Origin: Pseudomonadota bacterium
GTDB taxonomy: Bacteria; Pseudomonadota; Gammaproteobacteria; Burkholderiales; SG8-39
Direction: 5' to 3'
DNA: 52,704 nt
Assembly: GCA_043805375.1 (NCBI GenBank)
Contig: JAZDIA010000099.1
Location: 1 to 52,704 of the forward strand
The notes below the pieces were generated by a model. The model was not told the DNA's origin and made no database searches. It saw only the letters and a list, made by a program, of their open reading frames with translations. Below, piece after piece: positions 1-8,083 of the stretch. A program made the position numbers and the translations under genes. Each line of letters begins with the position of its first letter. The first letter of the stretch is position 1.

Positions 1-11
1 TCGATGCGTTT

Positions 12-671
12 ATGGTAAAGGCGGCCGGCCTGTCCAAAGTCGTGCCGAACGGCGCTAGCCAGCTTGCTATTCTGCATGAGATCGACCTGGCGGTCATGGC
101 GGGCGAGGCGGTGGCCATTGTCGGCGCTTCGGGTTCGGGCAAGTCCACGCTGCTGGGCCTGCTCGCCGGGCTGGATACGCCCAGCGCCGGCCGCGTGCAT
201 CTCGACGGGGTGGACCTGTTCGCGCTGGACGAGGATGGCCGCGCGGCGCTGCGCGGCAAACTGCTCGGCTTCGTGTTCCAGTCGTTCCAGTTGCTGCCGG
301 CGCTGAACGCGCTGGAGAACGTGATGCTGCCGCTGGAGTTAGCCGGCACAGCCGGCGCGGCGCAGCTCGCAACGGCGATGATCGAGCGCGTCGGCCTGGG
401 CGAGCGGCTCGGCCACTATCCGAAAACCCTCTCCGGCGGGGAGCAGCAGCGCGTCGCGCTGGCGCGCGCTTTCGTCATGCAACCCAAGCTGCTGCTTGCC
501 GACGAGCCCACCGGGAATCTCGATCCGGCCACCGGCGCCGGCATTATCGATCTGATGTTTGCGCTCAACGCCGCGGCCGGCACCACGCTGGTGCTAGTGA
601 CGCACGACGACGCGATCGCGTGCCGCTGCCAGCGCCAGATACGGCTCCATGGCGGGCGCATCGTCGCATGA
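12..671 (+). CDS. ybbA: ABC transporter ATP-binding protein (YbbA/LolD-like). The frame is open to the window edge, so the true start may lie upstream.
   Basis: Walker A GASGSGKST, signature LSGGEQQR, Walker B LLLADEPT, H-loop VTHD. Followed by a large duplicated FtsX-type permease, as in ybbA-ybbP. Confidence 0.85.
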   Translation: MVKAAGLSKVVPNGASQLAILHEIDLAVMAGEAVAIVGASGSGKSTLLGLLAGLDTPSAGRVHLDGVDLFALDEDGRAALRGKLLGFVFQSFQLLPALNALENVMLPLELAGTAGAAQLATAMIERVGLGERLGHYPKTLSGGEQQRVALARAFVMQPKLLLADEPTGNLDPATGAGIIDLMFALNAAAGTTLVLVTHDDAIACRCQRQIRLHGGRIVA

Positions 672-740
672 GGATTGATCTTCAGAAGCCAAATCAGCGA
701 ACTGGAACCAAATGGCTGCGCCCGCTCGTGCATTCCTTAT

Positions 741-790
741 CTCCTGATTTTGCGCGTTGCGAAAAAACCCGCAACGCGCAAAATCAGGAG
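741..790. repeat. Perfect 21-bp inverted repeat (hairpin), intercistronic between ybbA and ybbP. A shorter relative lies at 34620-34647.
   Basis: CTCCTGATTTTGCGCGTTGCG (741-761), loop AAAAAACC (762-769), CGCAACGCGCAAAATCAGGAG (770-790); checked base by base. Confidence 0.9.
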
Positions 791-855
791 ACGGATGAAA
801 ACCCAGGAGCACCGAGTTCTTTCGTCGATTGTGTCAACACCTTGAGCCGGATGCA

Positions 856-3348
856 ATGAATATCAACTTGCCCCTGCCGCTGAAAATGCTGCTGCGCGAC
901 GCTCGCGCAGGCGAACTACGCATCCTGGCGCTGGCTCTGGTCATTGCCGTTGCCAGCGTCACCAGTGTCGCCTTCTTCGCCGACCGCGTGTGGCAGGCGC
1001 TCACGCGCGAGGCCAACCAGATGCTGGGCGCAGACGTGTTGCTGGTGTCCGATCATCCTTTCGCGCCGGACTTGCGCGACGAAATCGCGAAACGTGGGCT
1101 CGATCGCGCCGACGGCGTGAGCTTCGTCAGCATGGCGCGCGCGGGCCAGGCAACGCAGCTCGCGGGGGTCAAGGCGGTGAGCGCGGGCTACCCCCTGCGC
1201 GGCAAGCTGCGCATCGCCCCGCGCCTGAATGCCGAGGATGCCGAAACCGACGCCATCCCGCCGCCGGGGTCGGTATGGCTGGACGAACGCCTGAGCGCGG
1301 CGCTCGGCGTCGAGACAGGGCAGCAAATCGAACTTGGCAATTCGCGCTTCACCGTGGGCGCAGTGCTGACTCTGGAGCCCGATCGCGGCGTGAGCTTTTT
1401 CAATATCGCGCCGCGCCTGCTGATGCGCGTGGACGATCTCGCGGCCACCGGGCTGATCCAGACCGGCAGCCGCGCGCATTATCAGCTCTACGTCGCCGGC
1501 GAGCGCGCCGCCACCGAAGCCTTTGATCGCTGGGCCAAGCCCAGGCTCGGTCCGGGGCAGCGCATCGAAAGCCTGGGCAACGCCCGCCCGGAAGTGCGCG
1601 CCGGGCTGGACCGCGCGCAGCAATTCCTCGGCCTCTCGGCCATGCTGGCGGTGATTCTGGCCGCTGTCGCCATCGCCTTGTCCACGCGCCGCTATACCCA
1701 GCGCCATCTGGACGGCTATGCGGTGATGCGCTGCTTCGGCGCGCTGCAGCGGCGGTTGTTTGCCTTGTTTGGCTGGGAATTCGTGCTTCTGGGTCTCGCG
1801 GCGTGCGCCATGGGCTGCGTGCTCGGCTTCGCCGGTCAGAACGTGATCGCGCTTTGGTTGACCGACTTCGTCGCGTCATCCCTGCCGCAGCCCGGGTTCT
1901 ATCCGGTGCTGCAGGGATTTGCCGCGGGACTTCTGCTGCTGCTCGGCTTCGCGCTGCCGCCGCTGCTGCAGCTGAAGAACGTGCCGGCGATACGCGTCAT
2001 CCGGCGCGAGGTCGGCGCGCCCAGGCAAAGCGCGCTTGCCGGCTACGCGCTCGGGCTGGCCGCGCTGGCGGCGTTGCTGCTGTGGCAGGCGGGCGAACTC
2101 AAACTCGGCGCTACCGTGTTCGGCGGCTTTGCCGCGGCGTTCCTGTTGTTCTGGCTGGCGAGCCTGGGCGCTTTGCGCCTGTTCGCTGCCCTCGGTCGTT
2201 CGGGCAGCGTGTCCTGGCGCTATGGCCTCGCGAATCTGCGCCGGCGCAGCCGCGCCAACGCAGTGCAGATCGTCGCGCTGGCCCTGGGCCTGACGGTGAT
2301 GTTGTTGCTGACTTTCATCCGCGGCGACCTGCTGGAATCCTGGCGCACCAAGCTGCCGCAGGATGCGCCCAACCGCTTCGTCGTCAACATCCAGCCGGAG
2401 CAGGTGCGGCCGCTGGCGCAGTTCCTGGCGCAGAACCAGATCGATGCGCCTTCGACCTTTCCCATGGTGCGGGCGCGGCTGACCGCGATCAACGGCCGCG
2501 CGGTCAGCGCATCCGATTACGCCGACGAGCGCGCCAAGCGCCAGATCGACCGCGAATTCAACTTGAGCTTCATGCAACACATTCCGCCCGGAAACCAGGT
2601 TACCGACGGGCACTGGTTCACGCGCGACGATTTCGCGCAAGGCTCGGTCTCGATCGAGGTCTGGATCGCCGAGCGCCTCGGGATCAAGCTCGGCGACCGC
2701 TTGAGTTTCGCCGGTGGCGGGGTCAGCGTCACCGTGCCGGTGTCAAGCGTGCGCAAGCTCGCCTGGGACTCGATGCGGCCGAATTTCTTTTTCGTCACCA
2801 CGCCGGGGGCGCTGGCGGATTTTCCGCTGAGCTACATGACCACCTTTCGTCTAACGGGCGCGGACGCCTTGTTCACGACCCGCCTGACGCAGGCGTTTCC
2901 GAACCTCACCGTGATCGACGTCAGCGCCGTCATGCGCCAGGTCAACGGCGTGCTCGACCAGGTGATCCGCGCAGTGCAGTTCGTGTTCCTGTTCGCGCTG
3001 GTTGCGGGCGTGCTGGTGCTGTACGCGGCGCTGCTCTCCACCCAGGACGAGCGGTTGCAGGAGGCGGCGCTGATGCGCGCTTTGGGGGCCAGCCGCGCGC
3101 AAGTTGTGGGCGCGCAGCGCGCCGAGTTTCTCGCTTTGGGACTGGTGGCGGGAGTGCTCGCCTCGGCCGGGGCCACGGCGATCGGCTACGTGCTCGCCGA
3201 GCGCGTGTTCCATTTCCCGTGGCAGTTCAACACGGCGATCTGGCTTGCCGGGCCGCTGGCGGGACTCGGCTGCGTGGCGCTCAACGCCTGGCTGGGCGGG
3301 CGCGCCGCGCTGAATCATCCGCCGATGCTGGCGTTGCGTGAAGCCTGA
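856..3348 (+). CDS. ybbP: ABC transporter permease, duplicated FtsX/MacB-type (YbbP-like)
   Basis: Long ORF with two blocks of hydrophobic helices separated by large soluble regions. The ATG at 856 (MNINLPLPLKMLLRD) is preferred over the ORF-track start at 829. Confidence 0.8.
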   Translation: MNINLPLPLKMLLRDARAGELRILALALVIAVASVTSVAFFADRVWQALTREANQMLGADVLLVSDHPFAPDLRDEIAKRGLDRADGVSFVSMARAGQATQLAGVKAVSAGYPLRGKLRIAPRLNAEDAETDAIPPPGSVWLDERLSAALGVETGQQIELGNSRFTVGAVLTLEPDRGVSFFNIAPRLLMRVDDLAATGLIQTGSRAHYQLYVAGERAATEAFDRWAKPRLGPGQRIESLGNARPEVRAGLDRAQQFLGLSAMLAVILAAVAIALSTRRYTQRHLDGYAVMRCFGALQRRLFALFGWEFVLLGLAACAMGCVLGFAGQNVIALWLTDFVASSLPQPGFYPVLQGFAAGLLLLLGFALPPLLQLKNVPAIRVIRREVGAPRQSALAGYALGLAALAALLLWQAGELKLGATVFGGFAAAFLLFWLASLGALRLFAALGRSGSVSWRYGLANLRRRSRANAVQIVALALGLTVMLLLTFIRGDLLESWRTKLPQDAPNRFVVNIQPEQVRPLAQFLAQNQIDAPSTFPMVRARLTAINGRAVSASDYADERAKRQIDREFNLSFMQHIPPGNQVTDGHWFTRDDFAQGSVSIEVWIAERLGIKLGDRLSFAGGGVSVTVPVSSVRKLAWDSMRPNFFFVTTPGALADFPLSYMTTFRLTGADALFTTRLTQAFPNLTVIDVSAVMRQVNGVLDQVIRAVQFVFLFALVAGVLVLYAALLSTQDERLQEAALMRALGASRAQVVGAQRAEFLALGLVAGVLASAGATAIGYVLAERVFHFPWQFNTAIWLAGPLAGLGCVALNAWLGGRAALNHPPMLALREA

Positions 3349-3394
3349 CGAGCGATGAACTGAAGCCCTGCCAGGCTTTGCTATACTTTGGCCC

Positions 3395-4648
3395 ATGCTG
3401 GAACTCCTCATCGTTCTCTCCGTTCTGCTGCTCCTCGCAGCGGGCTGGCTCGCCTGGCGCATGGCCGCCGTGAGCCGCAAGTTGGAGGAATTGCCCGCGG
3501 GCATGGCGCAGGGCCTGGAAGAGAAGCACCGCGCCATGCTCACCGACTTGCATGGCGGCCTGACGCAGCAGGGCGACCGTCTGGGTACGAACTTCAGCGA
3601 GTCCTCCGAGCGCCTGCGCGGCACGCTTGCCGAGGAACTCAAGCAGACCCGGGACACCCTGCACGCGCTGAAACTCAGCCTGTCCGAGAATCTCGGGGAG
3701 AGCCGAGAGGCCATGATCAAGCAATTGGCTGCGACGACCGAGCAATTGAACGCCAAGATCGACCAGCGCCTGGAGCAGATATCCGGCAAGGTCAGCGAGC
3801 GCCTGGACGAGGGCTTCAAGAAGACCAACGAGACTTTCGTCAACGTGATGCAGCGCCTTGCGACCATCGACGAGGCGCAGAAGAAAATCGACAGCCTCAC
3901 CGGCAGCGTGGTCAGCCTGCAGGAACTGCTCGGCGACAAGAAGTCGCGCGGCGCTTTCGGCGAAGTGCAGCTCGAGGCGCTGGTGCGCAACGTCATGCCC
4001 TCGGGCGCGTTCGAGATGCAGTACACGCTCTCGAACGGCACGCGCGTCGATTGCGTGCTGAAGCTGCCCGATCCGACCGGTTTGGTGGCGGTCGATTCCA
4101 AGTTCCCGCTGGAGAACTACCACCGCATGTTCGAGGCCGGCGTGAACGAGGCGGACCGCAGCCTGGCGCAGAAGGCGTTCCGCTCCGATATCAAGAAGCA
4201 CGTCGACGCCATTGCGTCCAAGTACATCATCGCCAACGAGACCTCCGACGGCGCGGTGATGTTCGTGCCGGCCGAGGCCGTGTTCGCCGAGATCCACGCC
4301 TATCATGCCGAGGTGGTGGAGTACGCGAACGCGAGGCGCGTATGGATCGTTTCTCCGACCACCTTGATGGCGGTGCTGAACACCGCGCGCGCAGTGTTGA
4401 AGGACGTGGAGACACGCAAGCAGATCCACGTGATCAAGGAGTCGCTCTCGCGCCTCGCGGTCGAGTTCGTCCGTTTCGACGAGCGCATGAAAAAGCTCGC
4501 CGACCACATCCGCCAGGCCAACGAGGACGTGGAGAAAATCCAGGTCACCGGCGGCAAGATCACGCAGCAGTTCCAACGCATCGAAGCGGCGGAGATCGAT
4601 GACAAACCAGCGGTCGCCAGTGTGGTGAGGCTGGCCGACAATCCGTAA
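3395..4648 (+). CDS. rmuC: DNA recombination protein RmuC
   Basis: N-terminal TM helix, long coiled-coil-like region, then a nuclease-like core (VDCVLKLPDPTGLVAVDSKFPLENY) typical of RmuC. Confidence 0.85.
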   Translation: MLELLIVLSVLLLLAAGWLAWRMAAVSRKLEELPAGMAQGLEEKHRAMLTDLHGGLTQQGDRLGTNFSESSERLRGTLAEELKQTRDTLHALKLSLSENLGESREAMIKQLAATTEQLNAKIDQRLEQISGKVSERLDEGFKKTNETFVNVMQRLATIDEAQKKIDSLTGSVVSLQELLGDKKSRGAFGEVQLEALVRNVMPSGAFEMQYTLSNGTRVDCVLKLPDPTGLVAVDSKFPLENYHRMFEAGVNEADRSLAQKAFRSDIKKHVDAIASKYIIANETSDGAVMFVPAEAVFAEIHAYHAEVVEYANARRVWIVSPTTLMAVLNTARAVLKDVETRKQIHVIKESLSRLAVEFVRFDERMKKLADHIRQANEDVEKIQVTGGKITQQFQRIEAAEIDDKPAVASVVRLADNP

Positions 4649-4662
4649 GGAAGGAAACAACC

Positions 4663-5757
4663 ATGAAAGACTCGCTGCTCAATATTCGCGCACTGCGCGT
4701 GCGGCCGGTGGCCGTGCCGATGCGCCTGCCGTTGCAGACCAGCACCGGTGCCGTCAGCGTGGCGCCGCTGGTACTGATCGACCTGCAGACCACGGCCGGC
4801 ATCACCGGTCGCTCCTATCTGTTCGCCGTCGGCGTGTCGAACCTGAAGCCGATCGTCGCGCTGGTCGAGGCGATGGGCGAAATGCTGAGTGGCGACCCGG
4901 TGGCGCCCTTCGAGATCGAGCGCAAGCTGCGCCGCAAGTACACCTTGCTCGGCGTGCACAACATCGTGCTGTTTGCAATGGCGGGGATCGACATGGCCGC
5001 CTGGGACGCATATGCACAGTCGCTCAATCAACCGCTGGTCAAGGTGCTCGGCGGTACGCCGCGGCCGGTGCGCGCCTACAATTCCAAGGGCCTGGGCATC
5101 ATGCCGTTGAAACCGCTGGCGAAGGAAGCCGACAAACTGGTGAAGGAGGGCTTCTCCGCGGTCAAGCTGCGCCTCGGCCGGTGCGATCCGCAGGATGATC
5201 TGGCCGCGCTGCGCGCGGTAAAGAAGGCGATCGGGCCGGACGTGACGCTGATGTGCGATTTCAATCAGGCGCTCACGGTGAATGAGGCGATCCTGCGCGG
5301 TCGCATGCTCGACGACGAAGGCGGACTGCACTGGATCGAGGAGCCCACGCGGGCCGACGATTTCGAAGGCAACGGTCGCATTGCCGACGCGCTCGATACG
5401 CCGGTGCAGATCGGCGAGAATTTCATGGGTCCGGAGCAGATGGCACAGGCGCTTGCCGCGGCCGCATGCGATTACGTCATGCCGGATGCGCAGCGCATCG
5501 GCGGGGTCACCGGCTGGATGCGCGCCGCGGCTCTCGCGCAGGGAGCCGGTCTGGAAATGTCTTCGCACCTGTTCCCGGAGGTAAGTTGTCACCTGCTCGC
5601 GGTCACGCCGACCTGTCACTGGCTGGAGTACGTCGACTGGGCCGAGCCGATCCTTGCTGAACCGCTGGTGGTGAAAGACAGCCATGTTCTGATTCCCGCA
5701 GTACCCGGCACCGGCATACGCTGGGACGAGAAGGCGGTAAAGCGATACCTGGCTTGA
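4663..5757 (+). CDS. Enolase-superfamily enzyme (mandelate racemase/muconate lactonizing family)
   Basis: 364 aa. FSAVKLRLG, MCDFNQA, HWIEEP and MPDAQRIGG resemble the MR/MLE barrel motifs. Substrate not inferable. Confidence 0.8.
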   Translation: MKDSLLNIRALRVRPVAVPMRLPLQTSTGAVSVAPLVLIDLQTTAGITGRSYLFAVGVSNLKPIVALVEAMGEMLSGDPVAPFEIERKLRRKYTLLGVHNIVLFAMAGIDMAAWDAYAQSLNQPLVKVLGGTPRPVRAYNSKGLGIMPLKPLAKEADKLVKEGFSAVKLRLGRCDPQDDLAALRAVKKAIGPDVTLMCDFNQALTVNEAILRGRMLDDEGGLHWIEEPTRADDFEGNGRIADALDTPVQIGENFMGPEQMAQALAAAACDYVMPDAQRIGGVTGWMRAAALAQGAGLEMSSHLFPEVSCHLLAVTPTCHWLEYVDWAEPILAEPLVVKDSHVLIPAVPGTGIRWDEKAVKRYLA

Positions 5758-5932
5758 TTGCGGCCTGGATTTGTCCTGTTTTCTCAGGCGACAAGAAATC
5801 GCGCGGCGAAGCTCCCGCTCATCGCCGACCTCTGACGACTGCGGCGTCGAAGCGTCGGCTGAGTCCGCGTCCGCTGCCAGACTCGTGACGCGCCGCTCAG
5901 GCTTCATCGGCCTCTCGGCGGGAGTTTCTTTG

Positions 5933-5957
5933 TGTGTATAATTCACCTATATACACA
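5933..5957 (+). promoter_or_regulatory. Candidate vapBC promoter/operator: 8-bp inverted repeat overlapping a TATAAT box
   Basis: TGTGTATA (5933-5940) and TATACACA (5950-5957) separated by 9 nt. TATAAT at 5937-5942, about 35 nt upstream of the vapB ATG. Confidence 0.45.
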
Positions 5958-5974
5958 TATTGGTCGAGGCCGCC

Positions 5975-6259
5975 ATGCAAACCACCCGCGTATTCACCAA
6001 CGGCAACAGCCAGGCTGTGCGTCTGCCCAAGGAGTTCCGGTTCGCCAGCAGTGAAGTCTTCATCCGTAAGGATATGGCGACCGGCGACGTCGTGCTATCG
6101 GCCCGGGCGCCTTCGGGCTCATGGGCCGATTTCTTCGCCCTGCGCGCCAAGACTCGCGTCCCCGGAGAGTTCCTTTCCGATCGGCCTCTGAATGAAATCA
6201 AGCCAGCGCGAGATCCCTTCGCCGGCGCGCACGCGGTCAAGCCGCCGCGCAGGAAATAG
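5975..6259 (+). CDS. vapB: Type II antitoxin VapB (AbrB/SpoVT-fold)
   Basis: MQTTRVFTNGNSQAVRLPKEFRF swapped-hairpin motif. GAGG 6 nt before the ATG at 5975. A PIN toxin starts 7 nt downstream. Confidence 0.8.
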   Translation: MQTTRVFTNGNSQAVRLPKEFRFASSEVFIRKDMATGDVVLSARAPSGSWADFFALRAKTRVPGEFLSDRPLNEIKPARDPFAGAHAVKPPRRK

Positions 6260-6265
6260 CACGCC

Positions 6266-6682
6266 ATGCTCTATCTCCTGGACACCGACACCTGCAGCTA
6301 CGCCATTCGTTACGCTAGCGCCACGCTCGACGCGCGGCTGGCGGCGGCCAAAGCAGGCTCGCTCGCGGTTTCGGCCGTGACCCGCGCCGAACTCATTTTC
6401 GGCCTGGAAAAGCGCGGCAATCCGCGCGCCCTGTCGCGGCGGGTGCACGGATTCCTCGACCGTGTCACGGTCGTGTCCTGGGATGCGGCGGCAGCCGATC
6501 ACTTCGCGGAATTGCGGGCAAAGCTGGAACGCGATGGCACGCCCATCGGTGTTTTCGACACCATGATCGCGGGTCACGCGCTGGCGCTCAAAGCCACGCT
6601 GGTCACCAACAACCGCAAACATTTTCAAAAAGTGAAGGCGCTCAAGGTCGAGAACTGGGTCGAGGAAACACCGCGTGTCTGA
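6266..6682 (+). CDS. vapC: Type II toxin VapC (PIN-domain ribonuclease)
   Basis: MLYLLDTDTCSY N-terminus with the conserved acidic residue, later IAGHALA...LVTNN; 138 aa. Confidence 0.85.
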   Translation: MLYLLDTDTCSYAIRYASATLDARLAAAKAGSLAVSAVTRAELIFGLEKRGNPRALSRRVHGFLDRVTVVSWDAAAADHFAELRAKLERDGTPIGVFDTMIAGHALALKATLVTNNRKHFQKVKALKVENWVEETPRV

Positions 6683-6808
6683 CCCTGATGGTTTTGAGAA
6701 ACAGGCTGCGGACAACGTGGTGCGCCTCACGGACGAACGCAAATCTTAGCCCGGCTTTCGGCAGGCAAATCGGCTGTAGAACCAATAGGGGCGCTGGTGG
6801 CAGGGCGA

Positions 6809-7291
6809 TCAGGCAGTGTGAATCGCCAGCGCAATCAGCCGCGTCACCACCAACCGCGAATACTCCGCAGCGCCGTCATGGCTGCTTTCGCGTGGGCCGG
6901 CGACGTTTAGGGTTGCAATTTTGTTGGTCATGACAAACTCACTTGCCTTGACCGCAATTTCCTCCGGCGTCAGCGTGTCGCCGTCCACAACCAGCACGGG
7001 TTTCCGCAACTGCTCGCAATAGCGGACCGTCCTTTCAGTGCCGCCGCTCAATTCGCCGAAGTGAATCACCAGCGTGCCGTCCGAGTCCATAACGTTTTGT
7101 TTGGTTCGTTGCTGGTATCCGGCGCCGGGAAGTTCGGTCAGCGGATAGTGCGGGGGAATTGCGCCGCCCTCTGCCATCCGGCCTTCCGGGCACCAACCGG
7201 CGCAAGGGAAGCCGGCGGCGAGGGCCGCGTCGAGCGCGCCGCGGTCTACACCGGTTTGACCGCCGGAAACGATGCGCGCGAGCGTGATCAC
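6809..7291 (-). CDS. SLOG-superfamily protein of the 'putative molybdenum carrier' / YpsA-like type
   Basis: N-terminal IVSGGQTGVDRGALDAALAAG motif and about 160 aa length. Family assignment is from memory. Confidence 0.65.
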   Translation of the reverse strand: MITLARIVSGGQTGVDRGALDAALAAGFPCAGWCPEGRMAEGGAIPPHYPLTELPGAGYQQRTKQNVMDSDGTLVIHFGELSGGTERTVRYCEQLRKPVLVVDGDTLTPEEIAVKASEFVMTNKIATLNVAGPRESSHDGAAEYSRLVVTRLIALAIHTA

Positions 7292-7465
7292 AATTTGTCC
7301 ATCGTGTCCGTATTCTGAATTGTGCTAGCCTAGTCGCGTATTCGCAATCGCCCGTGAAAATATTATTTCAGGATCGATGCTGATGGCGACTCGCGGACGT
7401 ATCCCAAATTCACCCCGTGCGAGCCTTTGCGGACTCCTGATTCATGGATCTGGTGGGAGGGAATT

Positions 7466-7542
7466 TGGTAGGCGCGATTGGACTCGAACCAACGACCCCC
7501 ACCATGTCAAGGTGATGCTCTAACCAGCTGAGCTACGCGCCT
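7466..7542 (-). tRNA. tRNA-Val (anticodon GAC), CCA encoded
   Basis: The reverse complement folds as a cloverleaf: acceptor AGGCGCG/CGCGCCT, D stem GCTC/GAGC, anticodon loop TTGACAT, T loop TTCGAGT, 3' ACCA. Close to E. coli tRNA-Val(GAC). Confidence 0.95.
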
Positions 7543-7554
7543 AAATGCACGCGC

Positions 7555-7583
7555 ATTCTAGCCCAAAGCAGGTAGTGGCACAA
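7555..7583 (-). promoter_or_regulatory. Candidate sigma70 promoter for tRNA-Val
   Basis: On the minus strand: TTGTGC, 17 nt, TAGAAT, then a GC-rich discriminator (GCGCG) 12 nt before the tRNA 5' end. Confidence 0.5.
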
Positions 7584-7661
7584 ACCGTGCCCCGGATTCT
7601 GACTCTTTTCGCCAGAGCACGGGATTTGAAACCCCGGCTCCAGAACTTGTTCAAGTACCGC

Positions 7662-8045
7662 CTACCCGCCCCAAGCCCGCGATTTCGAATCGTAATGATA
7701 GGGCTTGGACTTGAACAACACGTCCTCGCAGGTGAGCGTGTATTCCGCCCCGGCCGGCTTGTAAGCGTAGGCTAGGCCGTTGGGACATTTGGCGAGCGCC
7801 GGCAGATATTTTGGCACGAGTTTCTCCAGCACATCGGGCAAGCCGCCGGTTTCGCGTTTGTAGCTCGACAGCGCGTTGACAATGGCGCCGCCACGTCCTT
7901 CCACCATGCTCGCATTCTGCTGTCCACCGGTATAAAAATCCAACGCAACGTAAGCGCAGACGAGTATCACGACCAATACCGCCATCGAGATTACCCGCGC
8001 CGATCCGGCCGCGGACGTGAACCGCTTAAACTCTTTCATCGTCAC
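7662..8045 (-). CDS. Hypothetical membrane-anchored small protein
   Basis: 127-aa ORF with one N-terminal hydrophobic helix (VISMAVLVVILVCAYVAL). No recognisable domain. Confidence 0.5.
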   Translation of the reverse strand: MTMKEFKRFTSAAGSARVISMAVLVVILVCAYVALDFYTGGQQNASMVEGRGGAIVNALSSYKRETGGLPDVLEKLVPKYLPALAKCPNGLAYAYKPAGAEYTLTCEDVLFKSKPYHYDSKSRAWGG

Positions 8046-8083
8046 TCCCCTTCTATGCTGGAAATAACCTATTTCCTACAAGC

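Noticed and set aside
2851-5946. Long minus-strand ORFs 2851..4101, 3281..4660 and 4303..5946
   Set aside because: They are antisense to ybbP, rmuC and the enolase-family gene. Their composition is biased (Arg/Ala/Ser/Pro) and they overlap each other in different frames.
5758-7465. A tRNA-Val-targeted genomic island bounded by a direct repeat of the tRNA 3' end
   Set aside because: I found no copy of the tRNA 3' segment (TGGTAGGCGCGATTGG...) at 5758-5960 or 6683-6810 by eye, and there is no integrase gene. It is kept only as a loose 'islet' hypothesis.
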